Positions 51,975 to 60,772 of a DNA stretch of 64,000 nucleotides are shown piece after piece. Every line of letters starts with the position of its first letter. Within the stretch, counting starts at the first letter, position 1. A program made the position numbers and the translations under genes. The DNA lies in assembly GCA_905479945.1 (NCBI GenBank), contig CAJQOP010000047.1, forward strand, positions 6,122 to 70,121, written 5' to 3'. The DNA is from an uncultured Glaciecola sp. GTDB lineage: Bacteria; Pseudomonadota; Gammaproteobacteria; Enterobacterales; Alteromonadaceae. The notes under the pieces were generated by a model. It saw only the letters and a program-made list of their open reading frames with translations. It ran no database searches and was not told where the DNA came from.

Positions 51975-52901
51975 TCAAGAAGCTAGTACTTTAACGATTT
52001 CGTCAGCATTTTTAAGCCTACGCAACTCCATGAACATTTCTTCTGCTTCGGGATATTGTCTTTTTAAATAGTTAAACCATTGTTTGATTCTATTAGGGTA
52101 ATAAAGCCCTTTTTCTGAATATATTTCATAACCAGAGTATGAAACTAGTAGTTCTTTTGTTTGTTCCCATGACATAGGTACGTGAGCATTTTTAATGGTT
52201 TGTGCTAAATTTGGCAAAGCTAGCGCCCCCCTACCCAACATTAAATCAATACAACCACTTCGTTGTTGGCATAAAAGTGCATCTTCTGCGCTCCAAATCT
52301 CACCATTAGCAATAATTGGAATGTCGGTAACTTGCTTTATTTTTGCAATCCAATCCCAATAAGCTGGCGGCTTGTAGCCTTCGACTTTGGTTCTTGCATG
52401 AACGGTCAGAAAATCAGCACCTGCTTGCGTTACAGCATCCGCATTTTCTAAGGCGAGTGACTTGTCATCAAAACCTAACCTTATTTTTGCACTAACAGGT
52501 TGGTCACTTGGCACTGCGTCACGCACCGCTTTTATGATTTGATAAAGAGTTTCAGGATCTTTGAGTAAAACAGCGCCGCCTCTGCTCTTATTTACCGTTT
52601 TCGCAGGGCAACCAAAATTTAGATCAACGCCTGGTGAGCCTAGCTCGACTGCCTTAACGGCGTTTTCCGCTAACCACTGAGGATGCTGACCAAGCAGTTG
52701 CACTCTTACTGGGACACCAGAGGGGGTTACTGAACCGTGATGTAGTTCAGGACAAAAGCGATAAAAAACCTTAGGTGGGAGCAATTGGTCCACTACGCGC
52801 ACAAATTCAGTGATACACAAATCAAAGCCACCAACGCGAGTCAGCATATCTCTCATTAGGTGATCAACAACACCTTGCATTGGGGCTAAAACTATTTTCA
52901 T
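51975..52901 (-). CDS. dusC: tRNA-dihydrouridine synthase C
   Basis: LAPMQGVVD, PVRVQLLGQ, NFGCP, VHART, YPNRIKQW. Confidence 0.93.
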   Translation of the reverse strand: MKIVLAPMQGVVDHLMRDMLTRVGGFDLCITEFVRVVDQLLPPKVFYRFCPELHHGSVTPSGVPVRVQLLGQHPQWLAENAVKAVELGSPGVDLNFGCPAKTVNKSRGGAVLLKDPETLYQIIKAVRDAVPSDQPVSAKIRLGFDDKSLALENADAVTQAGADFLTVHARTKVEGYKPPAYWDWIAKIKQVTDIPIIANGEIWSAEDALLCQQRSGCIDLMLGRGALALPNLAQTIKNAHVPMSWEQTKELLVSYSGYEIYSEKGLYYPNRIKQWFNYLKRQYPEAEEMFMELRRLKNADEIVKVLAS

Positions 52902-52920
52902 ACTGACAATTATGACACTC

Positions 52921-52993
52921 TTTATAGGTGAACCGTTTATAGGTGAACCGTCTCTAGGTGAACCGTCTCTTGGTGATCCGTTTAACTGATCCG
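52921..52993. repeat. 15-bp degenerating tandem repeat upstream of dusC (about 5 units)
   Basis: tttataggtgaaccg x2, tctctaggtgaaccg, tctcttggtgatccg, tttaactgatccg. Confidence 0.88.
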
Positions 52994-53116
52994 AATAATA
53001 ATATTGGTTCTAAATTTACAAATGCGTTTATTGGCTCGGTGCAACGCATCCATTTGATATTTATAGCGCACTAGCATACTAATTCAAATGCATTCATGTT
53101 TACAAAAAGCAGACAT

Positions 53117-53142
53117 AAAAAAACCACCCATACAGGTGGTTT
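53117..53142 (-). terminator. Terminator of the Ala-Glu-Glu tRNA operon
   Basis: aaaccacc-N6-ggtggttt with an A run on the plus strand, 8 nt from the tRNA end. Confidence 0.7.
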
Positions 53143-53149
53143 CATTAAT

Positions 53150-53225
53150 TGGCGTCCCCTAGGGGATTCGAACCCCTGTTACCGCCGTGAAAGGGCGGTG
53201 TCCTAGGCCTCTAGACGAAGGGGAC
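53150..53225 (-). tRNA. tRNA-Glu (TTC)
   Basis: GTCCCCTTCGTCTAGAGGCCTAGGACACCGCCCTTTCACGGCGGTAACAGGGGTTCGAATCCCCTAGGGGACGCCA. Confidence 0.98.
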
Positions 53226-53262
53226 AAAAAACTTTTCATCAAAGCAACGCTTTGATAGTTTT

Positions 53263-53643
53263 TTGTTAGGAGAACTGCGCACTGCTAAGTGAACAACAAT
53301 TTCCTAACCTAGACCAAGCCACAACAGCTTGGATTTGATGCTACGCTTTGTTAGAAGAACCGAGCGCTATAAAGTGAACAGTAAGTCTCTAACTAAGACC
53401 AAGCCGCTACAGCTTGGATTTTTTCTTTCTTTTTCTCATATTTACCACTGAGAAAATGGCGTCCCCTAGGGGATTCGAACCCCTGTTACCGCCGTGAAAG
53501 GGCGGTGTCCTAGGCCTCTAGACGAAGGGGACAAAAAACTTTTCATCAAAGCAATGCTTTAATAGTTTTTTGTTAGGAAAACTGCACACTGCAAAGTGAA
53601 CTACGTTTTCCCAACCTAGACCAAACCGCTACAGTTTGGATTT
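53263..53643 (-). repeat. Three copies of a ~74-bp structured repeat in tRNA spacers (53263-53336, 53348-53421, 53570-53643)
   Basis: Shared ttgttag..aa..(c/g)ct..aagtgaac..aac..agaccaa(g/a)c..ag(c/t)ttggattt. Confidence 0.8.
53457..53532 (-). tRNA. tRNA-Glu (TTC)
   Basis: Identical to the copy at 53150. Confidence 0.98.
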
Positions 53644-53665
53644 TTAACTTACTCTCACAAAAGCT

Positions 53666-53741
<76 letters not shown>

Positions 53742-53798
53742 GTGTCCAATTAGACCTGCGAGCTATTTCTTTGCTACAGTTCCGTGACAGCGGGGCGC

Positions 53799-53827
53799 AT
53801 TCTAGGCATCTGACTTAATTATGTCAA
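53799..53827 (-). promoter_or_regulatory. Sigma70 promoter of the Ala-Glu-Glu tRNA operon
   Basis: TTGACA-N17-TAGAAT followed by GCGCCCC discriminator. Confidence 0.85.
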
Positions 53828-53835
53828 CGATTTTT

Positions 53836-55245
53836 TTAAGAATTTTCTCTATTTGCTATGTAAATCAGCGCCATGTCGATTCTTTGAGCAATTTTGTCTT
53901 TTTCCATCAAATTCAAGGTGACATCTAAGGATGGTGAATTACCCGATCCGGTTGCCGCTACTCGCAACGGCATGCCAATTTTGCCCATTCCTATGCCAAG
54001 CGTTTCTGCAGTATTATTAATAGCCGCTTGAATTTTATCAGGGTTCCAGTCTTGAACCGCTAAAAGCGCATCTTTGACTGCCAATAATGGCTCTTTTGCT
54101 ACAACACGCAGATGCTTTTTAGCTGCTTTTTCATCAAAGGATTCAAAATCAGCATAAAAATAGTGACTCATCGCAGCTAAGTCTTTTAATGTTGTCGCAC
54201 GCTCAGCTTGTACTTCAATCACACTTTCAACGCTTGGACCTTTGCTATAATCAATACCCTGTTGGTCAAAATGCCACTTTGCGTGCTGGGCAACCTCACT
54301 TGCTGGAAGCGTCTTTATATAGTGTTCGTTAAGCCAGTTCAATTTTTCGGTATTAAATGCACTAGCCGACTTACTGATTGAGTCTAAATTAAAGTGTTCA
54401 ATCATTTCGTCTAAACTAAATATTTCTTGGTCGCCATGAGACCAACCTAAACGCACTAAATAATTCAGTACAGCTTGAGGCAAGTAACCGTCATCTCGGT
54501 ATTGCATAACGCTAACCGCACCATGACGTTTTGAGAGTTTTTTACCATCATCACCTAAAATCATCGACACATGAGCATATTCAGGAATAGGCGCACCTAA
54601 GGCATTCAGAATATTAATTTGGCGGGGTGTATTGTTAATATGGTCTTCACCTCTCACTACATGAGTGATACCCATATCCCAATCGTCAACAACCACACAA
54701 AAATTGTAGGTTGGAGCTCCATCCGTTCTTTTAATAATTAAGTCATCTAATTCTGTATTTGAAATCCGAATCTCGCCACGGACATGGTCCTTAATGACTA
54801 CCTCGCCTTCCAGCGGGTTTTTAAAACGAATAACAAAAGTTTGCCCTTCAGGATGGTCTGTTCTATCGCGCCAGGTTCCCGGGTAGCGAGGTTTCTCGCC
54901 CTTCTTTTCCTGTTCGTCACGAATAGCATCTAATTCTTCTACTGACATGAAGCATTTATAAGCTAGACCCTTATCAAGTAACTCATCGATAATTTGGTTA
55001 TAACGCTCAAAACGTTCAGTTTGATAGTAAGGCCCTTTGTCATGATGCAAACCCAACCAGGTCATACCATCCAAAATGGCTTGTTTGGCTTCGTCTGTTG
55101 AGCGCACTAAATCAGTATCTTCTATTCTCAACACAAATTCACCGCCTTGGCTTTTTGCATATAACCAAGAATACAGAGCCGTTCTAGCGCCACCAACGTG
55201 AAGATACCCAGTAGGGCTTGGAGCAAAACGAGTTACGACTGACAT
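53836..55245 (-). CDS. gltX: Glutamate--tRNA ligase
   Basis: [13 protein letters not shown] (HIGH), KLSKR (KMSKS); start taken at MSVVTRF. Confidence 0.98.
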   Translation of the reverse strand: MSVVTRFAPSPTGYLHVGGARTALYSWLYAKSQGGEFVLRIEDTDLVRSTDEAKQAILDGMTWLGLHHDKGPYYQTERFERYNQIIDELLDKGLAYKCFMSVEELDAIRDEQEKKGEKPRYPGTWRDRTDHPEGQTFVIRFKNPLEGEVVIKDHVRGEIRISNTELDDLIIKRTDGAPTYNFCVVVDDWDMGITHVVRGEDHINNTPRQINILNALGAPIPEYAHVSMILGDDGKKLSKRHGAVSVMQYRDDGYLPQAVLNYLVRLGWSHGDQEIFSLDEMIEHFNLDSISKSASAFNTEKLNWLNEHYIKTLPASEVAQHAKWHFDQQGIDYSKGPSVESVIEVQAERATTLKDLAAMSHYFYADFESFDEKAAKKHLRVVAKEPLLAVKDALLAVQDWNPDKIQAAINNTAETLGIGMGKIGMPLRVAATGSGNSPSLDVTLNLMEKDKIAQRIDMALIYIANRENS

Positions 55246-55375
55246 TATATTAATTTTCCTAAACATGAATTGGGCGTAGTTTACCGTTTAATGCCCTGAG
55301 TAAAAAGCGATCACTGGGTTTTTACGTCTTTTTGCCCGAATTTTGAGCTAATAGTATTATTTTTTTAAAATGATG

Positions 55376-55403
55376 TTGACAGATTCGGTCTCAACTCTAT
55401 AAT
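55376..55403 (+). promoter_or_regulatory. Consensus sigma70 promoter of the tRNA-Val pair
   Basis: TTGACA-N16-TATAAT followed by acgcctcc. Confidence 0.85.
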
Positions 55404-55452
55404 ACGCCTCCTCTTACTTGAGGAACACTCTAGTAAGTTTGTTAGACAAGAT

Positions 55453-55528
55453 GGACGCTTAGCTCAGTTGGGAGAGCATCGCCCTTACAAGGCGAGGGTC
55501 ACTGGTTCAGGCCCAGTAGCGCCCACCA
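55453..55528 (+). tRNA. tRNA-Val (TAC), variant copy
   Basis: Cloverleaf with TAC anticodon; differs from the next copy at two positions. Confidence 0.93.
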
Positions 55529-55557
55529 CTTATTTTTGCAGTAAAATCAGATAGATT

Positions 55558-55633
55558 GGACGCTTAGCTCAGTTGGGAGAGCATCGCCCTTACAAGGCGA
55601 GGGTCACTGGTTCAAGCCCAGTAGCGTCCACCA
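55558..55633 (+). tRNA. tRNA-Val (TAC)
   Basis: Perfect acceptor stem GGACGCT/AGCGTCC, TTCAAGC T-loop, CCA end. Confidence 0.97.
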
Positions 55634-55716
55634 CTCCCTACCCTCTTGTTTTTGAACATCTTTTTAATCTAACATAGTTTTCGCGCTATTGCTTTGGCCT
55701 ATGAATTTACAAAAAA

Positions 55717-55760
55717 TGTGGCGAATCCGTGCCGAATCCGTGCCGAAAATGTGGCAAATC
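55717..55760. repeat. Four 11-bp tandem units (tgtggcgaatc, cgtgccgaatc, cgtgccgaaaa, tgtggcaaatc)
   Basis: Direct reading; ~85 bp downstream of tRNA-Val. Confidence 0.8.
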
Positions 55761-56274
55761 CGTAACTCGGTTTCTTTCTAGCCTTTTATTTACAGGGCCT
55801 ACAGCGAAATTAGATTTGTTCGCTATTTTACACGCGAATTTGATTTAAAAGCGCATACTGCGGTTTTTTACTCTTGATATGAGTTAGGCAATCTGAGCAG
55901 TCACAAACCAATTGATTTGTTCTTTTTCTTCTGATTATCAAATTAAGAATTCTGTTATTCGGATGATTGTTGCCAGTTTTTAGTTGTGGCTTTTTCTTGA
56001 TTTTACCCCTGTTTTTAGAAGTAGACGCTATTAAAACATCTTTATTTGACTGGCTGTTCCACGGCAAAACCGGCCGTACTCGGTTCAAAATTGTTAGGGA
56101 AGTTTTTGTCAATTAATGTCGCTTACTGTTGTTTCCATATTTAACCCTTAAACGACAAAGCAGACAGTCGCGACGGTTGTTTTGCAATAGCTTTTAAACC
56201 GAACATTTTTAGTTGCCTAACCGTGAGAGTTTATTTAGACTCAAACTTTGAACGTGCATTTATAAGGATAAATA

Positions 56275-57321
56275 ATGCTAAGTATTCCACATCTTTCACT
56301 CATTTCTCTTCTTTTTCTTTTTTCGTTTTCAACAAATTCAAAATCTAATATAGAGCCCTTTTTTGCCTCTGAAGCTAATATTTACGACCAAGCTACATGT
56401 TTTCGTAAACCTTTCGACACTTATGATTCATGGCTGGACATGATGCAAAAAAGCATGAATAAACGCGCCAAAACTGAGGTAGAGTCAAACGAGCGTCTTG
56501 CTAGATTCAAATCGACTTTTCCATCCAGTAGCTTTAACAACTTTAAAGCTACGCTTGACTGCATTACTTTTAAATACAAAGTGGGTGAAGAAGAAGTTAG
56601 TGGGTATTTAATTCGGCCAAAAGGAAACGAAGAATTACCTATCATTGTTTATAACCGTGGGGGTAACGGGAACTACGGCGCAATGGTTTTTGGTGGACTT
56701 ATGAATCGATTGATGCCCCTAGCTGAAAAAGGCTTTGTTATTGTTGGTAGTCAATACAGAGGCACTTTCCAGAGAGGTGGTTTGCTCAAAGATGAGTTTG
56801 GTGGAGCAGATGTTGAAGATGTTGTCTCTTTAGTAAAAAAGCTTAAATACCTTAACTATGCTGATATTAACTCAATAGGGATGTATGGCTCTAGTCGTGG
56901 AGGCATGCAAAGCCTTTTAGCACTCAAACAACTAGACGATATTATAAAAAGTGTTGCATTAAGGGCAGGCAATTATGATTTAAAGAGAGACTTAAGCACA
57001 CGCCCAGAAATGGAAATAGTATATAAAAAGCGTATTCCAAACTACGCAACTCAAAAAGACGAGCAATTGCGGAACCGCTCTGCATTGTATTGGGCTAGTG
57101 AAATTAACGATGCAATACCCGTCTTACTGCAACACGGTGACAACGATGAAAAAGTCAATGTATACAATTCCAAAGCGCTAGGTGAACAATTTTCAGAGAC
57201 AAAGCGCCCATATAAACTGACTATATACGACGGTGATAATCATGGGCTATCAAACCATAGAGACGAAGCGTTTAATGAGTTAGTGCATTGGTTTACGAAG
57301 CAGTTGAAGCAAAATAAATGA
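56275..57321 (+). CDS. S9 family peptidase / alpha-beta hydrolase, exported
   Basis: Signal peptide, YNRGGNG, nucleophile YGSSRGG, LQHGDNDEKV, DGDNHG. Confidence 0.85.
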   Translation: MLSIPHLSLISLLFLFSFSTNSKSNIEPFFASEANIYDQATCFRKPFDTYDSWLDMMQKSMNKRAKTEVESNERLARFKSTFPSSSFNNFKATLDCITFKYKVGEEEVSGYLIRPKGNEELPIIVYNRGGNGNYGAMVFGGLMNRLMPLAEKGFVIVGSQYRGTFQRGGLLKDEFGGADVEDVVSLVKKLKYLNYADINSIGMYGSSRGGMQSLLALKQLDDIIKSVALRAGNYDLKRDLSTRPEMEIVYKKRIPNYATQKDEQLRNRSALYWASEINDAIPVLLQHGDNDEKVNVYNSKALGEQFSETKRPYKLTIYDGDNHGLSNHRDEAFNELVHWFTKQLKQNK

Positions 57322-57621
57322 TTTTTGCTTATGAAGCCAGAGTTACGGGAAGTGACCATAATAGTTCTATCTTCGACTTTACTGAGAGAGTTAAAGAAAT
57401 CCGTTAAGATTACATACTTCGTCTTTTTTCCTACGACAGTACCACGGCAATTGCGGACGTACGTCGTTCAAATTTGTGTGAGAAGTTCGTGCTTTTGTGG
57501 ACGAATCTGTGGCTTGAAAAAAACTGGCTGTAGCACTGTTGTTTGCCACCATAGCGATGTATGGACTCCACCACTCTAATTAGTTAGCGTGGTAGTCGTC
57601 TAAACCAAAGGAGTCCATACA

Positions 57622-58665
57622 ATGCAAAAGAGTAACGTAATAGGTATCGATTTAGCAAAAAATGTTATCCAAGTATGTGTAATTAGTGCTGACGGTGAAT
57701 TAGTTTCTAATAAAGCAGTATCGCCAAAAAAACTGAAAGAAATATTAGCCAAAACCAAACCCTCTATTGTCGCTTTTGAGGGTTGTAGTGCTTGTCATTT
57801 TTGGGGCAGGTTTGCCCAGCAATTTGCACATGAAGTTAGAATTATTGGCCCTCGAAAAGTAAAAGCATTTCTTCAAGGCCAAAAGACCGATGCAAACGAT
57901 GCTTTAGCGATTGCAATAGCCGTTTCGCAAGTCGGCATGGTATTTAGCCAGCTCAAGTCTAAAGACCAGCAAATATTACAAAGTATCGAAACTAGTCGTA
58001 AGTTTATAGACAAACAGTTGGTTGCTTTGATGAATCACATGCGTGCCTACTTGTATGAATATGGAATTACCACAGCGAGGGGCAAAAAGAGCTTCTCGCA
58101 GTTAGTGGCCAATATACTAGGCGGCAGTGTTGATGGATACTCTGAACTACCGGTCAGTTTAATCCCACCATTACGTACAATGTGGGAGCGCTACGAGCAA
58201 ACACTTGAGCAACGCTAGGATATTGAAAAGCAACGTAATATATTAATGAAACAATCCCAGCCATGTCAGCGACTAATTGAGTTAGAAGGGGTTGGTGAAG
58301 TATGCGCTGCTATGTTGTTTTGCAGTTTAGGGGATGGTAAAGGATTCAAAAATGGTCGGCAAGCCTTTGCATATGTTGGCGTGACACCTAAGCAATTTAG
58401 TTCTGGTGGCAAGGTATCCATGAAGGGCATTGATAAAGTGGGCGGTAATAAAGAGCTGCGAGCCGCTTTATATCTAGGCGCATTATCATTTGTTATAAGT
58501 CTACCCGACAAGCCAAAAACAACGAAACAAGCGTGGTTGATATCACTTGTTCAACGGGTTGGTATCAAACGAGCATGTATTGCCATGGCAAATAAAACAG
58601 TGCGAACGGCGTGGGCTTTAATAGCCACAGAAAAGCAATATCAAAAAACACTGTTACCTTGCTAA
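57622..58665 (+). pseudogene. IS110 recombinase interrupted by an in-frame TAG at 58216-58218
   Basis: DEDD RuvC motifs IGIDLAK, AFEG, KTDANDA; the same frame resumes after TAG and contains the Tnp serine motif FSSGGK. Confidence 0.9.
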
Positions 58666-58924
58666 TGATGATAATTACAGTTACATGTAAAAACTAAAAA
58701 AAAGAAACTACGATCTTAAAAGCGTTCTGCAACATGAAAGCGATAATACTTGGTTAAACCAAACTGTTGAAAACCTGTACTGTCCGGAAGCTGTAATAAG
58801 CTACCAAAGCGAAGAGGACAGCAGTGGCTAATACATCGAAGGCTAGAGACATGCAATCTCAATAAGAAGCCGAATATACGCTCGCGACTTAACTCAAAAA
58901 ATCATCAAAAATATGTTGTGAAAC
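58666..58924 (+). ncRNA. Predicted bridge RNA / seekRNA region of the IS
   Basis: Contains four segments matching the reconstructed target and donor junction sites (see findings); exact transcript ends unknown. Confidence 0.7.
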
Positions 58925-59252
58925 TGGTGGAGTCCATATACGGACAGTCGAGTACTCATAATGTCAGCAGCTTAGTCTTACTCCATTTTCGTGGACACAC
59001 TATAATTGTTGTATGGGGTTTCGGTGGTGGAAAATTCATCACTAATTGACGAAGAATCAATCTTAGTGAAATGAAATGTTTTCTAAACTCTACACAAACG
59101 ACTGTGTTTTTCATGGCGTTTTTGCTGATTTCTCAAAAAGCATGAAACGATAGAAATAAAACACTTGCATTGTCCAATCTATTGTCATAGCATAGTGAGA
59201 TGCATTGGGTGCATCAACATTTTATTCTATTTTGTTGTTAGATAGTTGATAT

Positions 59253-60500
59253 ATGGAAAAGGGATTATTCCGACCTGAAGCTGTCAAGCATCAGGCTGCT
59301 AAATTGGATGGCAATGTTATTATTGCTAGGCCACTTGCCTCAAAAGTTTTGATGATATCGTTACTATGCGTTGTAGCAATCGGACTTACGTTTTTAATAT
59401 CTTCCTCGTTTCACCGTAAAGAAACTGTCGTTGGTTACTTGCAACCTGATGGTGGGTTAGCCAAAGTTAATGTTCCTCGCACGGGATATATTGCAAAATT
59501 GTTTGTTGTTGATGGACAATCAGTAACTGCTGGCCAACCGCTTGCCCTCATTAAAATTCCAGAATACCTTTCTCAAGGTGAATCTATATTCGCAGTCATG
59601 TCCGCTTCTATTGCGCAACAATCAGAATCGATTGAAATGCGCAAAGAACAAATAGAAATTCAATACGCTCAAGATGAAAGCGATATCAAAAATCGCGTGG
59701 TTTATGCTCAGCAATCCTTGAAGGATGCACGCAACCAGCAGCAACTATTAACGAACCGGTTAAAAATTCAAAAAGAAAGATTCAAGAGCTTATCGACGCT
59801 GTCAAGCAACGGCGCGATATCAGTGAACGATTTGCAGCAAAATGAAGAACAGTTACTAATCACTCAACAGCAAGTAGCTGAGCTAAAAGCACGATATCAA
59901 AATGAGTTAGGACAATTTGAACAATTATCCAGTCAACTAATTCGTATGCCATCTGAACGCACAAACCAAATTGCACTAATTGATGCAGAGCAATCTCGAC
60001 TGAACCAACAACAAGCTGAATTGGATGCGCGAGGACATGTGTTATTAAGAGCACCAATAGACGGAAAAGTCACTAATTTAACCGCCAAATTAGGCACAAC
60101 AGTCAAGCAATTAATGCCCTTAGCAACGATTGTGCCTGAAGATTCAGTGCTGAGAGCCGTGTTATTGGTGCCCACCCGAGCATTCGGGTTCGTAGAGCTA
60201 GGTCAACAAACACGCATTCGCTTCGATGCCTTCCCTTATCAACGATTTGGGTTATTTAAAGGGGAGGTAATCAGTGTGGCAAAAGCAATTTTGTTGCCTG
60301 GCGAAGTGGAGATGCCATTTGCACTGCAGGAACCAGTATACCGTGTTGAGGTATCTTTAGGTGACCAAGAGATCCGCGCTTATGGTAATCATGTCCCGCT
60401 ACAACCGGGGATGACATTAAGCGCTGATATAGTGCTTGAAGAACGAAGCTTAATTAGCTGGTTGTTCGAGCCTATTTTTAGTTTGAAAGGACAAATTTAA
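59253..60500 (+). CDS. HlyD family secretion protein (CvaA/MchE-like, type I secretion)
   Basis: LFRPEA N-terminus, single TM, long coiled coil, RFDAFPYQRFG, LQPGMTLSADI, WLFEP. Confidence 0.93.
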   Translation: MEKGLFRPEAVKHQAAKLDGNVIIARPLASKVLMISLLCVVAIGLTFLISSSFHRKETVVGYLQPDGGLAKVNVPRTGYIAKLFVVDGQSVTAGQPLALIKIPEYLSQGESIFAVMSASIAQQSESIEMRKEQIEIQYAQDESDIKNRVVYAQQSLKDARNQQQLLTNRLKIQKERFKSLSTLSSNGAISVNDLQQNEEQLLITQQQVAELKARYQNELGQFEQLSSQLIRMPSERTNQIALIDAEQSRLNQQQAELDARGHVLLRAPIDGKVTNLTAKLGTTVKQLMPLATIVPEDSVLRAVLLVPTRAFGFVELGQQTRIRFDAFPYQRFGLFKGEVISVAKAILLPGEVEMPFALQEPVYRVEVSLGDQEIRAYGNHVPLQPGMTLSADIVLEERSLISWLFEPIFSLKGQI

Positions 60501-60516
60501 CCAAAAGGAAATGAAA

Positions 60517-60729
60517 ATGAAAAATGAAAATAAGCAATTGAGTCAATTATCGAAAAATGAACTAATAGAGTCTGCTCTTTTAAGCGCTGTTTCTGGCGCT
60601 GGTTGTGAAGTATGGACAGAGTCGTGCGGTTGTGCGAAAGAGCCAGGTGAAGGTAATTGTTGTGATTATTGTGGTAGTTGGGGACCAGGAACTGTTATTT
60701 TACCCGAACCCGCATTAGACGAACTTTAG
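60517..60729 (+). CDS. Double-glycine-type leader precursor with a 6-Cys acidic core
   Basis: Leader ends IESALLSAVSGA (I-12, L-7, V-4, GA); core GCEVWTESCGCAKEPGEGNCCDYCGSWGPGTVILPEPALDEL. AAGGA spacing favours the ATG at 60517 over 60511. Confidence 0.8.
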   Translation: MKNENKQLSQLSKNELIESALLSAVSGAGCEVWTESCGCAKEPGEGNCCDYCGSWGPGTVILPEPALDEL

Positions 60730-60772
60730 CATTCCGTCAAGATTGATATAGCCTCAACCTCAAAGGATTGAT

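Larger units (their letters stand above)
57555..58942 (+). mobile_element. IS110 family, IS1111-type insertion sequence
   Basis: Perfect 14-bp subterminal IRs tatggactccacca (57560-57573) / tggtggagtccata (58925-58938); CG core at both ends; long right non-coding end. Confidence 0.9.

Noticed and set aside
52921-53643. Repeats near dusC and between the tRNAs as a CRISPR array
   Set aside because: The units are contiguous or separated by tRNAs rather than unique ~30-nt spacers, are degenerate, and no cas genes are present.
55828-56112. 94-aa ORF as an integrase remnant
   Set aside because: TTG-type start, no tyrosine-recombinase R-H-R-Y motifs in any frame I read.
57325-57579. 84-aa ORF with CVRSSCFCG as a RAYT transposase fragment
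   Set aside because: The resemblance is limited to a few residues, there is no HUH motif, and the ORF runs across the IS left end.
58216-58218. Programmed amber readthrough (pyrrolysine)
   Set aside because: No pyl machinery is expected in this lineage or seen here; simple nonsense mutation or error is more parsimonious.
56125-58950. Sites flanking the S9 peptidase as integron attC sites
   Set aside because: No RYYYAAC/GTTRRRY core pair, and no integron integrase in the window; kept only as unnamed palindromic sites.
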